This document shows, piece after piece, positions 54,965 through 64,000 of a stretch of DNA of 64,000 nt. Numbering within the stretch: position 1 is the first letter of the stretch; every line of letters starts with the position of its first letter. The translations under genes and the position numbers were made by a program. The stretch lies in assembly GCF_001194135.2 (NCBI RefSeq), contig NC_068982.1, forward strand, positions 132,079,325 through 132,143,324, given 5' to 3'. The stretch is from Octopus bimaculoides. Taxonomy: Eukaryota. The notes under the pieces are model-generated. The model did no database searches. It was given only the letters and a program-made list of their open reading frames with translations, and was not told the origin of the DNA.

Positions 54965-55872
54965 TTATGCAAAATAGTTTCCATCAGAAGCGCGCCATTT
55001 GTCCTGTCATTGATCCCAACTCTCGAATCCTCTAGAAAAAAAAATTCAAGTATGCACCGTCGCACCCACCTCGTCACTCTCATCAAATCGTTGTCCACGA
55101 GGACTGTCTTTCATTAGATCGAACAGGTGGAAGTCACAGAGTGTTATATCCAGGTTGTACGTGGGGCTAGAGTACCAGTAACCAGTCCATGGTTTCAGAC
55201 TATTGTTCAGTGTCTTCTTCCTAATGATTTTTCAAAGCATTGAGTGTCTCAATGGGGTATAATGGAGTGTATACACCATTGTCATCCAACATATTCGCTA
55301 TGACTTTCTGTGCCGATCGCTGGCTCTTGAAGGTTTTATGTCTTGGAGAAGATACATGACGCTGTCTTATGGGCTGAATTTTCCTTTCCGGATCATAAAG
55401 ATATACCTACATTTCATTCCCTGTCACCAGTTTGTCTTCATTAACTTCAAACGCTTCCAATACATCAAATCAGACATTTAACCTTTTCCTCTTGAAATCG
55501 TGTATCAACAACCGGGGTACTATCTTTGCACTCACTTTCTGATAACCAAAATCTCTCACCATCTTCTGAAATGCATTGTAACCACAGTCTATTTGTGCAG
55601 TAAGTTCATGGATCGTGTCTCGTTTGTCTATGGGAGTCAATTTGCCCATTTGTTGTGGGTTCATCTCAGTGATCGCAGTTTATGTTCCCCCACTGAGTGA
55701 TTTCTCTTCAGTCCTGGTTTAAATTACTTTTTCCATTTGTTATCGTTTCTTTTGCTATTGGTGTCATCTCATAGAACAACTCGTTGCCTTCTGTGGATAT
55801 CGGGAACCTAGCGTCCATCCTTTGTCATGAAGTCAATGATGGCATGGCATGTTGCATCTGCTTGGAACCCAT
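54965..55872 (-). mobile_element. Decayed mariner transposase
   Basis: Minus-strand remnants of mariner motifs: KVSAKIVPRLL (WVPRxL), KLVTGNEM*VYLYDPE (VTGDETWV..YDPE), YSSPTYNLDITLCDFHLF (HPPYSPDLAPSDFHLF) and terminal ASDGNYFA*. Multiple stops and frameshifts. Confidence 0.85.
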
Positions 55873-56007
55873 TATTTGCTTGTAATTAAAAACAGGAAGA
55901 AGAATTCCTATAGAGAGAAAGATACTCTATCAACATGAACAATTTGAACGACTTTCGTAAGAGAACAGCCCTTGTATATGTATTACACACATACACACAC
56001 ACACACA

Positions 56008-56056
<49 letters not shown>

Positions 56057-56099
56057 GCACACACATACACACACAGAAACATAGTACTGCTACTACTAT

Positions 56100-57620
56100 T
56101 AAGGATAAATGTTGTTATATGGTTGTGAAAAGGAGGAAAACTATAAACCAGACTTGCAACATCTCCATCAATGATTTGACTGTTTACTCTGTATCTGACG
56201 AGGAATGTTACAGGTATCTAGGGGTGGATGAAAACATATCTTACAATGGCATCTGTAACAAAACATGTTCCACTAAAGAATATTGCAGTTGAATAAAGAA
56301 AATTTGAACCTCGCAACTCTCTGTATATAATAAAACAGTAATCCACAATGTGTTTGCAGTGCCAATAATAATTCAACATTTGGGCTGCTTGATTGGACGT
56401 TTGATGAGATCCGAGTCATTGATGTGAAAATCCGGAAAATACTAACACACACACATAATGTTCGCATAAACAGTGATGTTAACCGCTTCTACCTAAAACG
56501 AAAACAAGGCAGCAGAGGCTTAACATCAATCAAAAATGTCTTTGAATGTCGTATCATATCCCTTCGGCAACACCTTTTAACCACCAAGTGTCGAAGTGCA
56601 TCACCAAGTTTGCATACATGAGGCTGATAATCTCATAAGCCTTGAGCAGCACACCTTGTCTGATAATCTCAAATACATGTCGATAAAAGTCGCACGACTC
56701 TACCGCAACGTATCATCAGATGAAAGGATGAGCATATATGAACAGATGACCATGCATGGATATATCAGTAGAAAGCTCGGAGATGATAATAACATTGATC
56801 CCCAAAGCAGTCTATCAAGGACCAACAACCGGATTACTACCTCCCACTTTGAAGGGTATGCGTTTGCAATCCACGAACAGGAAATATCAACCAAATACCA
56901 GATGCACAAAAGGGACAGAGATGCAGGAAAATATGACAACCGATACAAACTTTAACACCGAAGTTATCACCCACATCATAAGCAGTTGTTCAAAAATGTC
57001 ATCACGGTATTATCTACTGATAAAATATGATGTTGTAGCTAGGGCACTGTATAACGAGATCCGTCGAAAGGATAAACACGAGGACAAAGAAATAAAAACC
57101 GGCAGTATGGTAATAAAAAGGAATATTGGTGGAACGTCCCTGTAAAAATCTCAATAAAATGTAAATACAACAGACGTGATATAATTATTTGGGATGGAGA
57201 AGAGAAACTGTGTACATTTGTGGAAATCAGCTGCACAGCGGGTGTTAACATAAAGCTGAAGATCAACGAAAAAAAGAATACTTACGCTGAACTATTGAGA
57301 AATCTGTAGTTACTCTATACAGATTATAAGTCCAGGTTTATACATGTAATTATTGGGACACTGGGATATGTAACACTGCCTAAATACCAATATTGAGAAA
57401 TTAGGTTTCTCACAACCAGAAAGGAGAAAGCTAATTCAAAGACTACAGATCCAATCCATCACTGGAACTGTAAAAATTTGTAAAATTTTCCAGTTTATCA
57501 TTTAATTATATGTAAGCATGATTAGATATGCAACCATATGCATGAGAATGCATATGATTAGATATGCAACCATATGCATGAGTAGCAAAACATACAAATC
57601 TCCACATATACATACGTATT
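56100..57620 (+). mobile_element. 5'-truncated R4/Dong-type non-LTR retrotransposon (end of RT, zinc knuckle, RLE nuclease, 3'UTR), decayed
   Basis: YRYLGVDE; RFYLKRKQGSRGL; HIISSC..RYYLLIKYDVVA; WWNVPV..YNRRDIIIWD..CTFVEISC; VIIGTLGY; TGTVKICK. Many frameshifts. The 3'UTR has a duplicated segment of about 36 bp at 57516-57582. Confidence 0.85.
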
Positions 57621-57667
57621 ACATACATGTATATTTAAAGTAGTATAAGATGTGGATTCAGAGTATC

Positions 57668-57722
57668 GTGGACTGATAGCTGAGTCCGGGAGCTCCTCTT
57701 ACGGACTCAGTTATCCGTCCAC
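57668..57722. repeat. GC-rich 55-nt stem-loop (21-bp stem, 13-nt loop)
   Basis: GTGGACTGATAGCTGAGTCCG / CGGACTCAGTTATCCGTCCAC, with one mismatch and one G-U pair. Confidence 0.75.
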
Positions 57723-58162
57723 ATGGTAGTCAATAACAAAGAAGTGTGATGTAGAGTGCCCATGTAGGGAACATTCAGATAAACCTATCGATGAAATTGT
57801 TTCATGAGGAGTGTATGAAACCATAAAGTCCGGAAGTATGAGCAGTGAATATATATTTACTTAACCACGTGTCTTCTATAGAATTACAGCAGTTTCCCAA
57901 CCTTCTTCATGTAATATTAATTTCAGTATGGAAGAAATTATGCGTACATATTTGCATTAGAAAGCATGCTCAACATTATGCAATTGTATTGTATATTCAC
58001 GAATTAATCCAAATAAAGCTACCTCATCAAATCACCAGAGCATCATGGTTACACCAACAATTCAACTCTAAACGTATACATAAAATTTCCTTTTTATATA
58101 TACAACGAACAGAACGCCGAAACTGAACAAAATTAGATTGATTTATGAGTAAAAGTAAAGCT

Positions 58163-58230
58163 CCAAGGTACCATGCAGTGAGACTGAATCCGAAATTATG
58201 TGGACACAAAGCGAGTTTCTTAAACCACGC
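58163..58230 (-). mobile_element. SINE family 1 head fragment
   Basis: ccaaggtaccatgcagtgagactgaatcc..gagtttcttaaaccac. Confidence 0.65.
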
Positions 58231-58908
58231 AATTATGTTTTCGCCAAACGGGATGATTTTAAAAACGTTAAAATCCCTGTAGGTTCGTTTATGTATATTA
58301 AAACAGACACAGCATTTGCCAAGGGCATAACTCTCACCCAGCATTCGCTCGAAATCCAACTACATCACTACAACCATTCATTTCTGTACCATTCTCCAGA
58401 ATGCAGCACTTGTTATCAACATTTTGTAATACGTGTGGTATGAGGAAAGAATTATAAACTATGGAATGACTAATCTTCGATCAAGCTAGTTCTTTTATAA
58501 ATGTATCGATAAAATACGGCCATGAAATTCCAGAGAAGATTAATATTATCCATAATTCTACCGGGACACTCTCTAAATCAGGAATTTCAATTCACCTTGT
58601 CATGTAACTATGCTATTAAAAATGAACTGCCTCACATGCCAGATTAATGTTTATCTAATCATTACCAAAATTCACAAGATACAACACCTTCTACCTTCTT
58701 TTTACTTCTTTCCAATAACCATCGCGATTATATTTCATATATTGGTGTGTATAATTGATTAAACCAATACGTCAGTAAATGAAGAATATAATTAGCCATT
58801 TTAGCGTTATATAGTAGTATTCTGGATAGTTTGTTGGGTCAAGGAGGGGGTGGTGAAGAAGGAGTCTGTATCTGCTGCTCACGACACCATGAACACCTAA
58901 AATACTTC

Positions 58909-58946
<38 letters not shown>

Positions 58947-59086
58947 GTGTGTGTCTGTGTGTTGTGTGTATGTATGTGTATGTGCGTGTGCGCGCACGCG
59001 CACACACATGTTTACATGCTACCACATCACACTCCTTGTGAGTTGTGTTGTTGTGTTAGCAACAGTAGTAGTATACATATGCATGA

Positions 59087-59141
<55 letters not shown>

Positions 59142-60289
59142 NNNNNNNNNNNNNNNNNNNNNNNNNNNNNNNNNNNNNNNNNNNNNNNNNNNNNNNNNNN
59201 NNNNNNNNNNNNNNNNNNNNNNNNNNNNNNNNNNNNNNNNNNNNNNNNNNNNNNNNNNNNNNNNNNTTATATAAAGGTAAGTTCAAAAAGAACAATTCAA
59301 ACTTTTGTGGGGATCCAAAAAGAGAGAAACGGTGATTTCTAATAAGGATTCATCATATTCATGAAACTCAGCCAAAACAGGTAATAAGAATATGAAAATA
59401 ATATTTGAGGAGATTCGTTATATGCATAAGAATATACTATAAGCAAGTATTACAAAGTGGAGAAAAGATGCTGAAACAGAAGTAGATTTATTATAAAACT
59501 GGATTCAATGCATACATACGTGTCAAAAACAATGCAAAAATGTAAGAGAAAATTTAAATCATAGTGATTATAATTATAATTGAAAATAAAAAAAATTAAA
59601 TTAAGAATAAAAATAAATTTTTTAATTTACTTTATGCATTGTCATTCTCATCAGTAAGGAATCTTTTGAAGGACATCAAAACAGTTTAATAAGATGAAAC
59701 AAAATGAGATAAAAATAAAATAAAATAAAAATAAAATAAGATACAATAAGAGAACACAGATGGGGCAATAAGGGAACTCGGGTAATTTACAAACCAAGTT
59801 GTTAACGGGAAAAATAATGATATCAACAATAACAATGGTGGGAGAGACGAGAATAAAAATATATCAATGTGTATGCAAGTGTACATGTGCAGTGAAACTA
59901 TAACATAAGAATCTAACGGATGTGTTTAAAGAAATAATAATAATAAACACCTTTCTAGACCAAATATAGTGTAAATCAGGCCACGAGTGTTTATTAGAGT
60001 ATATTGTACACTCCACCCAAAAAGTGACACAGACTGTATGTACTAAGAAAAAGAAGGGGGAAGAGAACTTATTGGATGCGAACAATGTATACATTGGTAG
60101 ACCATTAAAATAAAAACACCAAATTGTCCATTTACAAAGTCATGTGATAGAGAAAGGGGGGAAGAAAGACAGAGAGAAAAAATAAAAATAAAAAATAAGA
60201 AGTAAACAAAGAAAATAAAGGGGAAAAGGGAAAGAAAATTCACAGCGACAATGCTCTTCTCGATACGCGTAACGTACCAGTAAAGACAA

Positions 60290-60535
60290 TCTTTTGCCCT
60301 TCCTGTATGGATGGTAAACCAGTGATTATTTAAAAATAATATTCAGTTCCTTATTTAATCATTTCAAGTGCTCCTACAATCACTGGTATTGTAGCCATCT
60401 TGAGATTCCATCTTTTCGATTTTGATGAGCAAGTCTCTATATTTTCTGAGCTTATCAATTTCTTCTGCCAAGATATTATGGTCACAAGGTATGCTCATGT
60501 CAATCAATAAACACACTTTTTCTATTTCGTCTCCT
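60290..60535 (-). mobile_element. R4/Dong-type LINE RLE fragment
   Basis: KVCLLIDMSIPCDHNI..EIDKLRKYRDLLIKIEK..WNLKMATIPVIVGAL (one frameshift). Confidence 0.75.
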
Positions 60536-60889
60536 CATTTTTCTTCTCATTTCCTTTCTACTTTCTTCTCCTCTTCTTTCTTTTCTTCTTTTTCTTGTAT
60601 AGGAACAATAGTGGTGGTGAGGGTGAGGAAGTTTTCATTAAGCTGACTGTTCAAATTCCTGTCCTCACTCCTTCGCTCATTCACCATTATTTTTTGGTAA
60701 ATTTTCAAAAAAACTCTTGGATATAAATAGGTGTATTTAGCCCCCAAGGGGGACATTTTTTCAACAGAAACTAGCTCTCTAGGAGGGAAGCTACCTTATA
60801 ACACAAGTTAAACAATAAAACAAAAGTTTAACAACTTGTGACAACAAAAATTCATACAATTTCGAGAGCTCAAAGTGAGAGCTCAAAGC

Positions 60890-61005
60890 AAATGACATAA
60901 ATGTATCTGTCAAGACCTACCAAAAACTGAGCAAGTATAAAGATCTTGAAATAGAAATTGGCAAAATGAGGAACTCAAGACTAAAACAATACCTGTTGTC
61001 ATAGA
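60890..61005 (+). mobile_element. R4/Dong-type LINE RLE fragment
   Basis: INVSVKTYQKLSKYKDLEIEIGKM..KTIPVVI. Confidence 0.75.
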
Positions 61006-61486
61006 TTATTCTCTAGTTATTCCACTGGTTAAACTCTTAAATGATTGTGTGTGTATGTATTTATGTATGCATGTATGTATGTATGTATGTATGTATGTAT
61101 GTATGTATGTATGCATGTATGTATGTATATAAGCGAACAAAAAATAGAAGTAGCACTTAACATATATAGGGCCTTTCGTCTGAACAGCAACTTCGTATTC
61201 TCATACTTATCCTTCGACTTCCATTCCCCTCTTTCCCCTCTTCATCTATATTCGGATCATGTCCCATATATCATCGTTAGCTCTTCCCACTTCGACTGTC
61301 AACCAATTAATTTTGTTAGTCAACCCATCAATCCTGTGTGATATTTCTCCCCTTTTCTCTTCCATTTTCTCTCATAAACGCGTGCGCATGTAACTAACTC
61401 ACACACGTAACTATATATAAAAGAAAAACAATTAAAGATATATTAATTACCATACGAGATAAAATGAGATTTCACGACAGTCATAC

Positions 61487-62110
61487 CATCATCATCATCA
61501 TCAACATTATCATCATTATTGTCTTCATCATCAGCCTCATCATCATCACTATCCTCATCATCACCCTCATCATCATCGTTTAATGTCCGTCTTTCATACT
61601 TGCTTGGACGACGGTTTGACAGGATCTGGTGAGCCAGTGGACAGCGTCAAGCATCAGTATTTGTTTTGGCATAGTTTCTATGGCTCTATGCCCTTCCTAA
61701 CACATATCACTTTACAGACTGTTGCTGTCGTTTTCGTCGTGTATCGTACGCTTTGCGGTGTATTGATGACGACACAACGAAAGTATTCCCGATTATTAAG
61801 TGCGAGTTGTCCATTGGGTGAAACCACAGCACTATTTCATTGTGACTTTGTCAAAGTGTTTTCTTGAAAGGGATATTGAGGTGGCTTGCCATGGACTTCC
61901 CCAATTGGATCGTCATTGGCCCACAAGGAGCTCATCCGTCGTTCGACAAGTCTTATTTTCTGTCCTGCTGGGTGTCCAGTCACTTTCCTCGCAAGACTAG
62001 CAAGCTACTCAAGTGGTGAAGCTGGTTTAGTTACCGACCGCTCGATCATGGAACGAGTAGTATTGATCTACATGGTACCAGTAGCAAGTCTCATCAGCCC
62101 ATGATGAGGT
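61487..62110 (-). mobile_element. Decayed interspersed repeat with RTE-type 3' end and (GAT)n tail
   Basis: tttaatgtccgtctttcat..cggtttgacagg..atgcccttcctaac, preceded on the + strand by (CAT)n. Confidence 0.45.
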
Positions 62111-62276
62111 CCCTGACCTGACATTTTACAAAGTCTACTTATTGCTTTTTTTGTGGTTACTCATTTACATGTGATGTGAGAAGAGTAAATATTGTTGTAC
62201 AATGTGAGATGTTTTATTTCATAATACATGTTATTTAGCTGACACCTACTTGCAGTCGCTTTTATATATTTTTCAG

Positions 62277-62307
62277 ATATGCTCAACTGAAGTTAAATGA
62301 ATGTTTG
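62277..62307 (+). CDS. Candidate 31-nt exon ((R)YAQLKLNECL): alternative exon of the knottin gene or exon of a neighbouring gene
   Basis: CTGAC branch motif near 62239, pyrimidine tract ending tttttcAG, and GTAGGA donor at 62308. Open only in the phase-2 entry frame. Confidence 0.3.
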
Positions 62308-62528
62308 GTAGGATTTAATAAATGTCATTGCTAGAATATGAGACTAAATTTAATATATATTCGTCAGTTTCGGCGATGAGTATGAGGTTCATCGAACGAC
62401 TGAGTTTCTGCTCATTGAATTAGCGTATAAGTGGTTGCGTATTCCGCAAACATGTGTGCCATTAACGTAATCCTCTGGTAGAATCAGTGTAACAAGACTG
62501 TACTTTTGAATTACAGTATAACCCGTCC

Positions 62529-62660
62529 GACGGGCTTCCACATAGTTTCCGTCAACCTAATTTTACTCAAAACACTTGGATCTTTTAAGAGACAGTTATT
62601 CAAGATACCACGCAGGGATATCGAACTCGAGATTTAGTGATTGCAAAGTGAACTTCTTAC
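62529..62660 (-). mobile_element. SINE family 1, diverged 5' half
   Basis: gacgggcttccacatagtttccgtc..aagtgaacttcttac. Confidence 0.65.
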
Positions 62661-63654
62661 TCATTCTGGCATGCTGCGTTCTCCAGAGCGCCATATCAAC
62701 CACAAAAAGGGCAATCTTGGCATTTGCTTTAATAATGAATTATGACAATGTCACAAGTTCAGAAATTTGAAGTAAACAACTTCGAGGAACTTTAACTTAA
62801 TATTAAATGAAATTATTCAGTTACTGAGGAGATTCATTAAATTAGTCAATTGGTTATAAGTTCACTTATACTACATTCTGATATCAATTGATTTATTAAG
62901 TAAACGCAAGATACGATATAATATATATTTAGACTGATTATATATTTGTGATTACAAAATTTTTAAACGCGGATAGTGTGTTAGAATTATATTTATAAGT
63001 AACTGATATCTTTCTAAATTTAAAAAAAAAGCAGCTATACACAGCTAAGATTTTCGAGAATATATGTGATACATTTATAATAATCAAGAAATGGAGGAAA
63101 TATTAAAAAAATAAACATATATTAGTTGAAATTTTAGCTAAGATATATCCATAATTATGATCTAGGTAATGTTCTGATACGTTATAAATTAAGTTATAGA
63201 TGTTCTGGTATGTTATGAATTTCTGTTAAAAAGTATTTTACTCTTCGAGCCGTTTTACCGAGGAAAATTCGGTACCGAGATCGGTACCGAGTTAACTTGT
63301 CTGGTACAGCAAATAAACATTTGTATTTGATTTGAAAGAGGAAATTTGTGAATTCATTGGATTCATGGATTAGGATTATTTTGTTGATTACACTTCTCTA
63401 AACTAAAAATCATTTGCTGTGAACTGAGAGGAACTGTAGTGCAACTACGAATTGGATTTGCGATAATTATTCTTGTATTTGGCATCCTAAGTTTAAATTC
63501 TTTGGAGTCGACTTAGACTTTTTACCCTTCACGTTGGCATCAACTTCCTTTTTCTTACTTCTGAGATCAATAAAATAGAATCTAATGATATATCGGTGGT
63601 AATTCAATCATAGTACATTGTGTGTCATGTGGTAAAGTTAGAAAATATAATCAT

Positions 63655-63735
63655 ATTAACAATAGCAGCAACAACAGCATCATCATCATCATCGTCATCA
63701 TCAGCAGCAGCAGCAGCAGCAGCAGTAGCAGCAGC

Positions 63736-63785
<50 letters not shown>

Positions 63786-63863
63786 CAGCAGCAGCGATGA
63801 TCATTCCCATCATATCATCATTAGAACCATTTAAATAATAATAATAATAATAATAATAATAAT
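63655..63863 (+). repeat. Compound (ATC)(AGC)(AGT)(AAT) trinucleotide array
   Basis: Seen directly; explains the poly-Ser/Ala/Val/Thr ORFs in the track. Confidence 0.9.
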
Positions 63864-63879
63864 CAAATTTTAAAGCAAA

Positions 63880-64000
63880 CAATTTTCTTATGGTTTCTTA
63901 AACATTTACTTGAACAAAACTGTACAAATCCAAATATATGGTACCCTAGGCATAACACCTACATGAACTTCTCACTTGTTGTCTCTTGAGGTCTCTGGGT
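63880..64000 (+). mobile_element. LINE 3'UTR fragment running off the window end
   Basis: Homology to 47621-47748; follows an (AAT)n array. Confidence 0.5.

Noticed and set aside
41659-62307. Resemblance of EALARYQSHRR^Y to NPY/NPF (EDLARYYSALRHY; phase-2 intron in an Arg codon before Tyr)
   Set aside because: There is no PP-fold proline pattern and no RxRF/Y-GKR amidation motif. The knottin exon explains the gene better.
591-63882. Long ORFs in the supplied track (poly-IY, HT, CV, RE, SL, X runs; poly-Ser/Ala/Thr/Tyr)
   Set aside because: They are translations of microsatellites and N-gaps, with no codon-level or domain evidence.
1-64000. CRISPR arrays, rRNA or prokaryotic/viral defence systems
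   Set aside because: There are no repeat-spacer arrays, no operon-like gene density and no rRNA similarity. The window is metazoan intronic and intergenic DNA.

Overview
AT-rich, microsatellite-dense eukaryotic DNA with about 17 N-gaps, nearly all flanked by (TA)n, (CA)n or (CT)n. The SINE and LINE content and the tiny-exon/huge-intron layout point to a cephalopod, probably Octopus (inference). Almost all ORFs in the supplied track are microsatellite or gap artefacts. One protein-coding gene can be assembled by hand on the + strand from three small exons (17795-17864, 41639-41690, 44053-44209) that join in phase. It encodes a 92-aa secreted precursor, MKIIILLSILLILLQAYTGTSRRYYARHKLEALARYQSHRRRKQTERTCSKWRETCQPWSNSKSKCCDPSSLVCKCNLWMQNCRCVNKLWGG*. 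This has a signal peptide, a basic propeptide and an 8-Cys inhibitor-cystine-knot domain of the agatoxin-like peptide type, with a C-terminal amidation Gly. The rest is decayed mobile DNA: several tRNA-derived SINE families, R4/Dong-type and RTE LINE fragments, Penelope-like remnants, two mariner remnants, a hAT MITE and a hAT/Charlie remnant bracketed by an inverted duplication. There is also a near-perfect 240-bp palindrome in intron 1, two pre-miRNA-sized hairpins and a tRNA-Thr-like pseudogene. All homology calls come from motif recognition by eye; no database search was run.
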